DNA of 64,000 bases from Octopus sinensis (GCF_006345805.1 NC_043004.1:70370001-70434000), one strand, 5' to 3'. Shown: positions 40,196 through 53,810, counted from the first letter of the stretch. The notes: generated by a model from the letters alone, not told the origin. Program-made: numbers and translations.

Positions 40196-41199
40196 TGTGT
40201 ATGTATGCATATGTGCGTGTACATACATGCATGCATACATACATAAATACATACATACATACATACATACATACAAATAAACAAAAATACTCTGTTGTTG
40301 ATGTTGACATTCCAATGAAAGAGCCTTGGAAACCAGTTCTTTCTCTATTGGCAAGAAATCTTGAAATAAATCTAAGCAATTACATACATACATACATACA
40401 TACACACATACATATATACATGCATTCAAACACACACTCTCATACATACATGTGTGTGTGCATGCGTGCGTGCATGTGTGTGTGCATGCATGCATGTGTG
40501 TGTGCATGCATGTTTGCATGTGTGTGTGTGTGCGCGTGTGCATGTGTGAGTATCCAACATAGGATGTTTTAGAAAACCCAAAACAGATTTAAAGTCTTCT
40601 GTTGTGTCTGGGGAGAGTCATTCTTTTTGGTGCCTTATAATTTAACACACACACCGGTAAAATTTCCACTTATTTCTTTTTCATTTTTCTAAAATATTCA
40701 TTGCATCCTGCAACTGTTTCAATAGTTTAAAGTAGTTTTAAACTACAGACTGTTAAATGTTTTGCTGTGGAACTTAAAACAGATGTCCATGAATCTTTTT
40801 ATTCTCTTTATTCACTGGAAATAAAGGAAAACCTGTCTTGATATATTTCACATGTTGCTGACCACTTTAGCAGAGAAAAGTACCTCCTAGTACCTAGTGC
40901 CAATGAAGAAACCTTATAGGAAATATCTTTTTAACTCAGACATAAATTACAACTTAACTGTAATGGCTAGACTAATCTACTCACCAGGCATCTGCTAGAG
41001 GACCGATTAAATAATAAATATTTATGCACCACACAGCATGTATTAGGAAACCTAAACCAAAAAGCTTTAAAATCACAGTTTAATTGCTTTGAATTTGTCT
41101 TAGGTTTTTTTGATTACATGCTAAGTTTTGCATACACTTGTATGGTACAGTGTACCTGTAATACAATAGGCCAGCTTTGTCATGCTGAGTCTGAGTTTT

Positions 41200-41633
41200 G
41201 CCATAGCTCTGTGGTTAAGAAATCTGCTTTGGCACTTTGGGCCAGTGTCTTCTACTGTAGCCCTGGTCCAACAGAAGCCTTGTGAATGGATTTGGTAGAT
41301 GGAAACTGAAAGAATTCTGCTGTTTGTATGTATATCTGTGTGTGTATGTGTGCATGTGTGTGCATGCATATATGCATGTATGTATGTGTGAGTGTAATTA
41401 TGTTTGTTTCACCTTGTCTTGAGATTGTGTGATAGTTGTAAATGAGTGTCACTGTCATACATGCAGGGTCATTCATTATCCAATATCCTGCAAAAGCATT
41501 TCTGGCCACAGGTAAGTATTACCTTGCTTGGAAACAGGTGAGGGTTAGCACAAGAAAGGCCTTGGAAAATCTGCTTCACTAAGCTACATCCAACCCATGC
41601 AAAACATAGAAAATTGGATATTAGAATGATGAT
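41200..41633 (+). mobile_element. RTE-tailed SINE variant (family A-like head, RTE-like tail)
   Basis: Head homologous to family A (ccagtgtcttctactgtagc...gatggaaactgaaag); tail catccaacccatgc...agaatgatgatg. Confidence 0.65.
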
Positions 41634-42000
41634 GAGCGTGGAGGTGGTAGTGGTGATGATGATGATTGCAATGAGGATGACGACAATGATAATGATGATC
41701 ATGATGAGGGTGGTGGTGGCAACAGTGGCAGTAGTGGCGGCGGTGGTGGCAGTGGTGGTGGTGGCAGTGGTGGTGGTAATGGTGATGATGATGATGATGA
41801 TGATTGTAATGAGGATGATGGCAATGATAATGATGATGATGAGGGTGGTGGCATCAACAGTGGTGGTAGCAGTGGTGGTGGTGGTGGCGGCAGTGGTGGC
41901 GGCTGCGGCAGCAGTGGTGGAGGTGGTGGCGGCAGTGGTGGAGGTGGTGGTGGCTTTGGTGGTGATGGTAATGGTGATGATGATGATGATGATGATGACA
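41625..42000. repeat. Compound GGT/GGC/GAT trinucleotide tract
   Basis: Direct reading. Confidence 0.93.
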
Positions 42001-42299
42001 CAAATGTCTCTGGAATGCTCAGCAAACTCTAACTTACACTATAATTTGATGAGTATTTAGTTTCATTGATCGAACGACTGGAATATTCGTCATTGAAACC
42101 AATGGCAGATCTGCTAATGCAACATTGATTATGTCATGTTTAAGAATAAAATGTTTTGGGCATTTTTTATCTTCAACTTTGAAAAATTTGGAAATCTGGT
42201 TGATGTCTTTCTTCTCCCAGTTATGAAGGAAAACAGCCAGAGTTCTAAGAAATACAAAAAATACAAGCACACGCAGACACACTCACACACACATATTTA

Positions 42300-42720
42300 C
42301 GTGTGCAGACACACACACACAAATTCACATGTACACTCAAATTCACACATACTCACACAGATAAACATATACACAAATTCGAACATACACACAAATAAAT
42401 TCACCCCCACACAAATTCACACACACACACAAACACACACAAATTCACATACACACATGCAAAATTGCACAAATTCACACACACACAAACACACACACAC
42501 ACATAAATTCACATACACACACAAAAATTCACTTACACACACGCAAAATTGCACAAATTCACACAGACACACACACATACAATTTTACACATACACACAC
42601 ACACACACATAAACACATACACACACGCTTCACATACATGAACACACACACACACTTCACATACATGAACACATACACACAAACACATAGACACACACAC
42701 ATGCACACACACACAAAAAG
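42300..42720. repeat. (CA)n-derived minisatellite with recurring cacaaattcac
   Basis: About ten aaatt interruptions in a CA tract. Confidence 0.85.
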
Positions 42721-43350
42721 ATTTTTATTTCTAATTACTATTAACCGTTCTCTAATTGCCTTTTTACTTCATCTTCTTTTAGTTGTTGTTATTGTCCTGT
42801 TTCCATTTCAGTTACTTTTCTTCTTTTTAATCAGCTGACAACAAGAACACGAACAGCTGTTAGACATGGTATTTAATTAACAGAAATAACAAAGCACCTG
42901 CCTAAACTTGAAACACTATATTCCCTATCAGCATGTCTATACCCAAGGGTTTTAAGTAACATATCCTTCTAACTAGGGGCTGTAAATAATACAACAACCT
43001 CAAACCTCACAGACTGGAAGAAAAGCTAAAGGAACTTAGATATAGGATTATGCGAAAGAGCCATGTAGTAAACATGAGTATTTTCCTGCGGTAGGTGTAC
43101 ATGTGGTTGTGTGGTAAGAAGTTTGCTTCCTAACCACATGGTCTTGGGTTCAGTCCCATTGTGTAGTCCTACAAGTAGTAGTAGTAGTAGTAGTAGTGGT
43201 AGTTGTTGTAGTAGTAGAGTTCTGTAATCTGTCGGGTTGTTAGGATATTATTGAGGGTTTTAAGTGGTATGTCCTTCTAACTAGCATCTGTGAACAACAG
43301 ACCACTCTGAAAAATTCACAAATAGAAAATAGTTAAAGAAAGTAAGATAC

Positions 43351-43673
43351 GGCACTCCATTGGTTACAACAATGAGGTTTCCAGTTGCTCCGATCAATGG
43401 AACAGCCTGCTTGTGAAATTAAAGTGTAAGTAGCTGAGCATTCCACTTACTTGTGTACTCTTAATGTAGTTCTCAGGGAGATCCAGGGTGACATAGAATG
43501 TGACAAGGTAAACCCTTTGAAATACAGGTGTTATTCATTTTTGCCAGCTGATTAGACTGGAGCAATATGAAATGAAGTGTCTTGCTCAAGGACATAACAT
43601 GTCATCAGGAATTGAACCCACGACCTTGTGATCATGAGCTGAATACCTTAACCACACAGCTATGCACCTTCAC
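43351..43673 (-). mobile_element. SINE family C, full length with 13-bp TSD
   Basis: TSD gaaagtaagatac at 43338-43350 and 43674-43686; reverse-homologous to 63522-63845. Confidence 0.88.
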
Positions 43674-43931
43674 GAAAGTAAGATACAAAGCTGCAGGAAA
43701 GAGCCATGAGTTAAATTTAAGTAAAGGAAACCTCTTTGGCAGCAACAAAGAGGTTTCCATGTTGGTTCAAATATCAGTTAGTAACAAAATCTTCCCCAAA
43801 TATATTTACCCTTAAATATAGACAGGATACATATGATAATGTAGTCTTGGTTACCTTGTGTTTGGAGTTCAAATTTCACTTAGGTACAAGTTGCCAGGGC
43901 TAATCCATTGATTATATTAGCGCCCTGTCTA

Positions 43932-44154
43932 TGAGGGGGTATTGAAAATTTCCTGACTTTAAGGGTATCATGAAAGGCCCTGCTTGGAGGCTCAACCTTC
44001 TGAGTTCTTTCACAGAATTTGGAAAACTCTGAAGGACCACAGCAATAAGTGTGCGAATCTGAGAAAGGAATGAATATGCTGAATTAAATCATAATTAACT
44101 GATCATCTTGTATTTTCTTTTACCCAAAGCCAGGAACTTTTCAGCATCCCCTCA
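43932..44154 (+). mobile_element. mariner-derived MITE (copy 2)
   Basis: TA flanks; TIRs and body homologous to 19272-19493. Confidence 0.8.
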
Positions 44155-44689
44155 TAACTTATTGCTGTTGGCCTGCATACATAGGTAGGCTTAGAATATG
44201 TATAAGCTTGCAATGGTATGACAATGCTTTCATCTGGTAGTGAATAAAAAAAGCCAAATAAAATGGGGAAAAAGCCCTTAAACAGATGATTGAATAGTTA
44301 TAGCTGAAAAACTTTTGATCACAGGCTTGTTGGATCTTATCTACCCTAAGAATAAACAACATAAACAAAAACAACAACCCTATAGGATCAAAGCAACAAA
44401 ACTCAATGTTTTAAGGATAAGAATAATGAGGTGCAGTAATGTTCATATTTTTATACAGGTGATTTGAAATGTAATAAAGTGATGGTCCGAACATGGCTGA
44501 ATAGTTAAGAAATTCACTTTGCAATCACAAATTGTGGGTTCAATCCCACTGCATGGCATCCTGGGTAGGTTCTTTTATAAGGCTTCAAGTCAAATCAAAA
44601 CTTATGAGTGAAAGTGTATTGGCAGAATATCCTTGAATGGATTGTGCCTGTAATCAAGGCCAGTGCTAGGAAGTGCAGGGTCCAATTAG

Positions 44690-44855
44690 ATAATAGTTAG
44701 TGGGCTCAATTCCTGGTGACATGTTGTGTCCTTGAGCAAGACATTTTATTTCACGTGGCTCCAGTCTACTTAGCTGGAGAAAATGAATAACACCTGTATT
44801 TCAAAGGGTCAGCCTTGTCAAATTCTGTGTCACCCTGGATCTCCCTGAGAACTAC
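44690..44855 (+). mobile_element. SINE family C fragment
   Basis: gtgtccttgagcaagacattttatttcac...ctccctgagaactac. Confidence 0.72.
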
Positions 44856-45539
44856 AGTGGGGCCACTATTAGCCACTATGATATACTAAAAATTCATCAT
44901 AGTGTCCTCTGCTTGAACATGTGCTTGGGGCTCTCTCTTGGCACAGGTCCAATTTGAACAAGTCTGTCTAATTGGCCTAAAACTAGCTCTGCTTCTAATT
45001 CAAGATTCAGGTCCAGTTTATGAGATGTTCTGAGGATTAATGAATGAACTGGGAAGATAATAGAGAGCAAAAGGAGAACCGTACTGGTAGACCCATTGAA
45101 TTAAACAAGAATGAACACACAAATTAATCTTTAATCTTCCCCCACTTCTTGTACCATTAGTCAGACAAACAACTCTTTTATTTTCTGCTTGGATAAGAGG
45201 ATACAATGTTAAATTTTTTTACTTCTCAAAGTAACTAAAAATTTATTCATCAAACATTTTTTTCCTCTTAAATTTGTGGGAGAGAAGAAAGCAAACTGAA
45301 TGACTTCTTAATTTGGGCCAGATTCACAAATTTTTATGGAAAGGACCAATAAGCTACAACAAATGTCTGAAAGTGTTTTCAAGGACACTCCTGGAGAAAT
45401 GAGAAAAAAACTTAACCCCGGTAGGATTTGAACTTCAAACACAAAGGTATGAAATTAAACAACAGCAACACTAGTAATGGTAGCAACAAGATCATCATCA
45501 TTATCATCATCATCAGTAGCAGCAGCTTTATATCCAGTT

Positions 45540-45935
45540 TTCAATGTTGGTATGGATTGGCTGGGTCTACCATGCAGTGCATTCACCCTTCATCTCAGTT
45601 TTTTGTCGGTCCTTATATGAACCTCAGCTTTCCCACTAAATCTGACCTCATTTTTCTCTTACTAAACCCTTCCTCAACCTTTTTCTTTCCCATGTACCTC
45701 TCGCAACACTTTTCTTCACAATATTTGTCATCACACCTGTACAAATTTTCTGTCAAGCGATGTTTTCTAAACCTGGTTACCTATTTTGTTCACTGATGTT
45801 CACTGTTCCGTATAGGTTTAATATTAAACATTCAACACACCTCATTGCTCTTTAACCTCTATAGATCTTCATCATTCAAAGCCCTTGTCTCACCAGCAAG
45901 CCACACCACATGTCTTACATGCTTCAGATAATCTG
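45540..45935 (-). pseudogene. Old RTE ORF2 C-terminal fossil
   Basis: Minus strand gives GETRALNDEDL*RL (cf. GSETW.L...D..RL), then a decayed KKC...RG...EVV..DL-type region and an RTE-like tail. Confidence 0.55.
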
Positions 45936-46102
45936 TCTTTAACACATGACTAACAAAGGAATCAGGGGTCAGAGGTGACTGACTGTTATATAATATTAGA
46001 CTGAATGGTACTTCAAGCATATCAGGTGATAGGAGACATAACAAGGACAGATTATATAAGTTATGGGCTTTACATAGAAATTAAATGAGATAAAAGTAAA
46101 TA

Positions 46103-46653
46103 CGAGGGTGAGTCAAAAGGTAATGCCATTTTGTTTAGGACAGGTATAATTACCAACACAGGTATAAGTATCATACATCAAAATGAAGCTGGTCCTCTGT
46201 AGATCACATCCCTACTTCTCAACATAGTCACCATTTCTCTCAATAGCAATGTTCCACCTTTGAATGTATCCCTGCCCCATAAAATTCTGTTGACTGTTCT
46301 TTGAGCCACTTCTTCACTACAGTTTTCACTTCCTCGTCACTGGAATAATTTAGCGCTTTAAGACTATCATCTCCTTGGCCTCATGAAAGAGGCAAACATT
46401 ATTCCTGTGATGAGGAAGTGAAAATTGTAGTGAAGAAGTGGCTCAAAGAACAGTCAACAGAATTTTACAGGTCAGGGATACATGCTCTCATTCGAAGGTG
46501 AAACATTGCTATTGAGAGAAACAGTGACTGTGTTGAGAAGTAGGGATGTGATCCACAGAGGACCAGCTTCATTTTGATGTATGATATATGTTCCTGTGTT
46601 GGTAATTATACCTGTCCTAAACAAAATGGCATTACTTTTTTTACTCAACCTTG
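46103..46653. mobile_element. mariner fold-back element: two 3' ends in inverted orientation
   Basis: TA flanks (46101-02, 46654-55); arms 46103-46349 and 46398-46653 are reverse complements. 46350 onward encodes LAL*DYHLLGLMKE...DEEVKIVVKKWLKEQSTEFYRSGIHALIRR*NIAIERNSDCVEK*, the mariner PSD motif and C-terminus. Confidence 0.92.
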
Positions 46654-47251
46654 TACAATGCATAAGAAATGACTAAGTTCTGATGATGAAGGAGAGCCTC
46701 CAACTAGGACACATTGAGGAATCCTACACATATACAGATCACTCTGACCAATAAGGACAAATGCCCTCTCCCTTAATGTAATTCTCTGACTTACAGGTAC
46801 ATGGTGAGAGTAGGTCCAACATGTGACGGTAGATCATTTTTGTCACTGTCATCTGCCTTTTGACAGATTTCCTTAAAGTGAGCATTTCCCCCACCCACCT
46901 CATCATCTTTACCAAGTTGTATTTGAAAGAGTCAATCAGAGATTTACCAAAGAGAAAAGTGTCTATCCTTTATGACCAGCGTTGGATAGACCATTAAGCA
47001 AGGTAAGCATCTGCTTAATGCATTAAAGGAAGTGGGGCACCACAGAAATCGTAAATGGTTTACAACACAAAAGAAATCACTTTAAGCTTGCTAAAATTAT
47101 ATTTGAATTGGTTTGTATGATGGGGGAAATAATTTCAAAGTGTTCACGGTGTCATAGTGAGAACCAGATCAAAGACTTTGTAATTAAAAAAAAAAAGAAG
47201 AGAAAACTTTTTGAATATAACTGAAGAGAAACTATACAAAAATAAACATTA

Positions 47252-48443
47252 TTTGAGTGAACCATGCTAATAGCACCTCTCCTCTCTAACAACAATGGGA
47301 TGCGGAAAAAGCCTTAACGATGAAGAAAAGTCAGTCATCATCAAGGAAAGTGCTAAAAGCACCTCTCTTCATGTCATTGTGAAGAAGCTAGGTTGTCATG
47401 TGGACATGGTTAGATAATTCCTGAAGAACCCTTTACCATGGAAGAAACAATCCAATTGTGGAACCTTCAAGAGTTTGACAGTTGAGGATTTAAGGAATAT
47501 TGGCTGCAAGTTATGTGGGAAACCTGGACAAACAAGCAGAGCCATTTTCACTATCTCCAGATTTCCTCATGTACCAAAAAAAACATAAGAAATATCAATC
47601 TTGGGACCATGACTTCTGTGCAAGAACCCCTGAAACTCCCTCCTTTAATACTCCTGTCACAGGAGTTTGAGGCTTCAACTGGCCCAAAAGTACATGATGT
47701 TAGACATGAGTTGTGTTCTGTTCACTGGCATAACCAGGGTGATCCTTGACAGAACTAACGTGGTTAACCCCAAAACTATTTTGGAAATTAGTATCACCAA
47801 CATTTATGACATCAAGAACAGGGTGGAAGAGTCATGTTATGGGCTGGTACCATTGGGGACAGACTTGTTGGCCCAGTCAGGGTGTGCCTGAAGGGGTTAA
47901 AGTGACCACAGCTGCCTACTTAGATCCCTGGCTAGATGACATATTGCTGTCACTTCTGAGGAATCTCATATTCATGCATGACAATGCTCCCTCCCACTCT
48001 GCAAGGACCACCCAAACATTACTGGGGTCTTACGGCATACAAGGTGAAAGGTTGATGGTGTGGTCACCAGTATCTCTGGATCTCAGCCCTATCAAACATC
48101 TTTGATCCGTCATTAAAGAAGATGTTTATGCCAATAGATGCCAATTTATGTCAAAGGATGTCTTATGGGAAACCATCAAAGCTGCAGCAGAGGCAGTTCA
48201 ACTTGGTGCTATTAAGAAATTGACAGATTCCATGACTAATAGGGTTTTTGAAGTTATTCATTGAAATGGCACTCACATGGCTAAATAATTCATTATGTCA
48301 ATAAATGTTATAATATTATTATGGTTTTCTGTTAAATATATATTCAATGTAGGCTTAATATGTATCATTATCCTTCATTTTTTGAAAAAAATATCTAGAT
48401 GGGCTATTTTCATTTAAAAGCTATTAGCGTGGTTAACCCAAAA
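47252..48443 (+). pseudogene. Tc1/Tc3-like transposase fossil (47295-48288)
   Basis: MGCGKSLNDEEKSVIIKE HTH; GGRVMLWAGTIGDRLVGP; IFMHDNAPSHSA; VWSPVSLDLSPIKHL; multiple stops and frameshifts; short inverted repeats at 47252-74 and 48421-43. Confidence 0.9.
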
Positions 48444-49261
48444 ACTGAAGAATCTGAATTAAAAAAGAAAGATCGTTATACAGAATAATGAAGACATAAC
48501 AATAGAATTGCAAACTAGCCAGGAAAAGTTTTATCAAAATTGATTCACAGAAAATTGAGGAATCTTAAATTTCACTACTAAGCTGTAAGCATGGTTCTGG
48601 GTGTATATATGGGGACACCATAATATTTCAAGTGCTTAGGGCCTCTGTGGGTCATAGTTCAGCTCTGTTCATGATGGACATGCTTGACTGTCAGATCTAT
48701 CCAACATGCAACATCAGATATCCAACAATTTCAACAATTTCATTGTCCAGGTACAGAACATGTGCATGTAGAATGGTTTCATTACTTTGTACATGTCTTG
48801 GAAAAGTCTTAGACATATCTTGGACATGTTTTGGACAAGCCTGACCAATGGTACATTGAAGAATTTACCTTGAACTGGTAGTGCTTATCAGTAGCCTCAT
48901 AACAAATATTACCATTGTTGATCTAGATATATATAAAAATACTGTTTACTAAAATAACAACGTCAGAAAACTAAATAAAACAGTCACCAAGCCTTCTCTT
49001 TTGTTATTTTTTGTTACAATAAAGAATAAAAATAACCTGCACTTAAGATTTAAAACAACAACAAAGAAAACACATCTCATTTATAAATCATTGTTTGCTC
49101 TTCTTTAGATCAAAAAGGTGTGTTATGTGAACAGAACGTTAGTAATAAAGAATGACTTTTAGCATACGTACATAGACAACAAACACATCATGACATGTAG
49201 ATAACCTTCCTGTAGATAACCTTATGCGTTTTTTCCATGCTCAGCTATGTATACACACTAT

Positions 49262-49865
49262 ACAGGTACAGGTATGACCGTGTGGTTGGGGAAAGTTTGC
49301 TTCCTGAGTGTCTGGTTTTGGGTTCAGTCCCACAGCATGACACCTTGGGCAAGTGTCTTTTATAACAGCTTTGGACTGAACAAAGACTTGTGAGTGGATT
49401 TGGTTGATGGAAACCAAAAGAAGCCTGTCGAATATATTTATGTGTGTGTGTGTGTGTGCGAGTGCATGTATGTTTGTGTCTCTTTGTCTTGACATCACAT
49501 GAATGTTGTAAAAAAGTGTCACTCACCATCATCATCATCATCATCATCATCATTGTTTAACATCTGCCTTCCATGTTATACAATATTCTGCGAAGACATG
49601 TTTGCTCATGGAAAGTACCTCCCATGGAAATGGGTAAGCTTGATAACAGGAAAGGCATCCAGCCATGTGTGTATACACACACACACACACACACATATAT
49701 ATAGATACAGATGTATATACAATAGGGCTTTTTTCAGTTATGACCCATCAATTTTGCCTCAGAAGGATTTTGTTAACCTGAGGCTGCAGCAGATAACACT
49801 TGCACCAAGGTGCTCTGCAGTAGGACTGACCCCTAAACCATGTGGTTGGGAAGTGAACTTCTTAA
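49262..49865. mobile_element. Two SINE A-type fragments, + (49262-49500) and - (49525-49865)
   Basis: GGGTTCAGTCCC/caccttgggcaagtg on the plus strand; reverse head and RTE-like (CAT)n tail on the minus strand. Confidence 0.65.
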
Positions 49866-50021
49866 ACACACACCCATATATACATATGTGTGTATGTGTA
49901 CATGTGTGTGTGTGTGTGTATGTGAATATATATATATAAGTGTATATGTATATAGATAGATATATATCTATGTGTATATGTATATGTATATATATATGTG
50001 TGTGTGTATATATATATATTA

Positions 50022-50071
<50 letters not shown>

Positions 50072-50098
50072 TACATACATATATACATATATACATAC

Positions 50099-50145
<47 letters not shown>

Positions 50146-50154
50146 CATACATAT

Positions 50155-50198
<44 letters not shown>

Positions 50199-50354
50199 AT
50201 ATATATTATGTGTGTGTGTATGTATGTATGTATGTATAAAAAATACAAGAAAGGGACAACAAAGCATCCAGACAGACAATACAAAGCAAACAAGGACAGC
50301 TCATTCGGAATTTTCTTTCCTCAGTCAAGTTCCAGATAATCTTTGCAATTTAAG

Positions 50355-51199
50355 CAGGGTGCGATGAGTAAACAATCGTTATTTTATATTATTAATTTCA
50401 TGGATGCACAGGGTTAGTTGGGCACCGTCTGTGAGAAAAACAGTACCAGGACACAATTCATTCTGCCATAAATTTGGATATATGTTGTACTGCTTGGCTT
50501 TTGCACCGGAGGCTCCAGTACAAACATTTCAGAGTGTTTGGGTATCAATCGGTGAATAATGCAATCTGAGGACATGTACCAAGAGTGATAAAAATCAAAC
50601 ATCCAGTCAACATCATAATGTTTGGAGTAATCACTAGTGACGGCGACATTATGCCTCCATTCATCATCCCACACAACCTCAGACTCAACATGGAGACCTG
50701 AATCAAATGCCTGAAGTAGATGCTGCCCTGGGTCAAGAGGGTGGCTGCTGGAAGACCCTATGTTTGGTAACATGACTATGCACCATGCTACATAAGGAGG
50801 AGAACCCAGTCATGGCTGTCAGACAATTTCTGTGACCACATCATCCCTAACATCTGGCCACCTAACACCCCAGACTGCAATCCCCTTGATTAGTATGTGT
50901 GGAGTGCAGTTGAGTGAGAGACCAACAAAACTCCTTGCAATATGAAAGATGAACTGAAGGCAAGGATTATGGTAGCATTCACCAACTTAAACAAGCAAAC
51001 TGTCCAAAAGATATGCAGGAGATTCCGAAGTCGTCTGGAGGAGATGGTTAAAACCAATAGTGATTTTATTGAATAAATTTACTCTTTAGTATTTCAAGAT
51101 ATTTTTATGTAATTTGGGTAGATATATCTCTTAAAATGCGATGTCAGTGTTATTTTCATTTTTGCGTAATTTAGACAACAGTTTAGTCACCACACCCTG
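50355..51199 (+). pseudogene. maT/mori (DD37D) transposon, internally deleted
   Basis: TIR cagggtgcgatgagtaaac / gtttagtcaccacaccctg|TA. Decayed ORF FGVITSDGDIMPP...HDYAPC...WPPNTPDCNPLD*YVW...ELKARI...SDFIE*; PDxNPLD is the DD37D-type motif. Confidence 0.88.
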
Positions 51200-51215
51200 T
51201 ATGTATGTATGTATG

Positions 51216-51262
<47 letters not shown>

Positions 51263-51315
51263 CATACACACACACACACATATGTATGTGTAATGTGTAT
51301 ATATATATATGTGTG

Positions 51316-51348
<33 letters not shown>

Positions 51349-51623
51349 ACAACTTCAGAAAACTAAATAAAGCAAGTCACCAAGCCCTCTCTTTTGTTAT
51401 TTTTGTTGTTATAAAGAAAAAATCTACACTTAAGATTTAAAATAACAAAGAAAACACAATGCATGTGAGTATGCCCGGCACTTTTACCATCATCTCACTC
51501 CTGCTCTCTCTTTCACTCTTACTGTCTCCCCCTCTCTCTCTCTCTCCTCCTGTTCTTCCCTCAGGCTGGGTCCCCATGTATCTCCTTTACAGCAGCACAC
51601 CTGTTTCTGTCCTCATTCTTGAT

Positions 51624-51667
<44 letters not shown>

Positions 51668-51729
51668 CTGGGTAACCATGTACCTCCTCTACAGCAAGAC
51701 ACCTATTTCTGTCTGTCTGTCTCACTATA

Positions 51730-52090
51730 ACCTTTCACCATCTGATACAAGATCACCTCCAACCAACACTCCCTCCCCACTCAAAGGATCTTTGTCTTGC
51801 AAGTTACTTGGTGACCCCGGCAGAGCTAATGTCATGTAAAAAACATCCAGTCCACACTGTAAAGTGGTTGGCATTTGGAAGGGCATCCAGCTGTAAAAAC
51901 CATGCCAAAACTGACCTTGCCTGTGCTTGTGCCCTGTAAAAGGCGCACAGTCAACTCTACTGGGTGGATGGTGTTAGGAAAAGCTTCCAGCTGTAAAAAC
52001 CTTGCTAAAACAGACACACGAGTCTAGTGTAGGCTCCTGTCAAACTGTTCAACCCATGCCAGCATGGAAGGTGGATACTAAACGATGATG
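51730..52090 (+). mobile_element. RTE-tailed element fragment
   Basis: gatcacctcc...gcaagttacttggtgacc...gaagggcatccagctgtaaaa...aaacgatgatgatg; homologous to 53200-53461. Confidence 0.7.
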
Positions 52091-52094
52091 ATGT

Positions 52095-52172
<78 letters not shown>

Positions 52173-52265
52173 CATATATACTTCATTCTTGTATCTGGTT
52201 TGCAAGATTCTTTTATATATATATATGTATGTATATGTATATATATGCATATGTATATATATATA

Positions 52266-52331
<66 letters not shown>

Positions 52332-52337
52332 TGTATG

Positions 52338-52466
<129 letters not shown>

Positions 52467-52477
52467 CATATATATAA

Positions 52478-52508
<31 letters not shown>

Positions 52509-53199
52509 ATTTTATTTTATCTAGTTTCAGCTCACAAGCTGTGGCCATGCGGGGCACCGCCATTCGCTGTTGCTACATGATTTTACTTCCATCTTTGATT
52601 AAAGATGGGCGACGAGGAGGTTGATGTTCGTGATGAACTCAACCAACAGCCGGATCCATCCTATATATGAGAACAGCAGTTTGACAACCCCATCAGTCAG
52701 TTAACATCCAGAATAGTTTTGTTAATCAGCATATACCTTGAAAAGACTTGTTTGATTGGCTATGCCTCTATGTCTATACAGTTTACCTTGAGCTATTCGT
52801 ACTCATCAGTAGTAAGACCACAATTATTATCATTGTTGATATAAAAAGAAAGTCAATACAAAACAAGATCAATTATTTGAAACCAATATAAAACAAGATC
52901 AATGATTGAAGAGCATTGATCCTCTCAAAATTAGTGCAAAATCATAGCATGAAAAAAAAATTGATGCTAAAATATTTTTAAGCTATTTTCCTCAACCCAC
53001 GTAGAAACTTTTCTCATTTGTCCAATGTTGAAACAAACGTATTTAACTCTGGTTCCTAAAACATAGTGTCTTAGTTTATGAATACCATAGGATATACAAA
53101 CATGAAGCTTCTCAGCTATGATAAAATATTATAAACGTTTTAATTTATGTATTGAGTTCTACTTCTGTTTGTATAAACAATTCTCACTCTCTCTCTTTC

Positions 53200-53461
53200 A
53201 TTATCTGACACAAGATCACCTCCTCCAATGACACCTCTCTTCTCAAAAATTTTGCAAGTTACTTGGTGACCCTGCTGGTGCTGGTGCCATGTAGAAAGTA
53301 TCCAGTCCACACTGTGAAGTGGTTGACACTTAGAAGGGCAACCAGCTGTAACAAAACCATGCCAAAACTGACATCACCTGTGCTGGTGCTATGTAAAAAG
53401 CATTCAGTCCGCTCTGCATTCATACCAGCATAGGAAGGTAGACATTAAACGATGATGATGA
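53200..53461 (+). mobile_element. RTE-tailed element fragment
   Basis: Homologous to 51730-52090. Confidence 0.7.
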
Positions 53462-53603
53462 TATACACACATACACACATGTGTATGTATGCATATGTGT
53501 GTGTACATACATACATGCATACATACATACATACATACATACATACATACATACATACATACATACATACATACATACATAACTATATATATATATATAT
53601 ATA

Positions 53604-53810
53604 TTTTGGGTTGGTGCATAATTATTGTGGGGTTTTGTTTTCAACAAATTTTATTCAACAAAAACAATAACAACACATAACAAAAACATCTTTAAATGAT
53701 TATTCTGGAGTATATTCATGATCTACTTCAGTTACTGCTTCCCATTCGCTTGGCAGATGGTCAGACCATCATTTAAAGATGTTTTCGTGAAATTCTGTTA
53801 TTGTTTTCAT
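53604..53810 (-). mobile_element. mariner 3' end fragment
   Basis: ttgggttggtgcataattattg mariner-type TIR after TA; minus strand GLTICQ/HLPSEWEAVTEVDHEYTPE* resembles the mariner C-terminus. Confidence 0.6.

Larger units (their letters stand above)
48954..51457 (+). repeat. Dispersed direct duplication, ~115-120 bp (48954-49073 and 51346-51457)
   Basis: ataacaac.tcagaaaactaaataaa..agtcaccaagcc.tctcttttgttattttt...cacttaagatttaaaa...aaagaaaacac appears in both. Confidence 0.9.

Noticed and set aside
50290-50330. CUGAGGA on the minus strand as a further hammerhead
   Set aside because: It is followed by GAAU rather than GAAA, with no stem II or stem I pairing.
52611-52676. Short ORF MGDEEVDVRDELNQQPDPSYI after an 8-bp hairpin
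   Set aside because: It is only 21 codons, has no recognisable homology, and abuts a SINE-like tail.
52775-52815. CUGAUGAG...CUC on the minus strand
   Set aside because: No GAAA or stem III follows. At most it is a very decayed relic.
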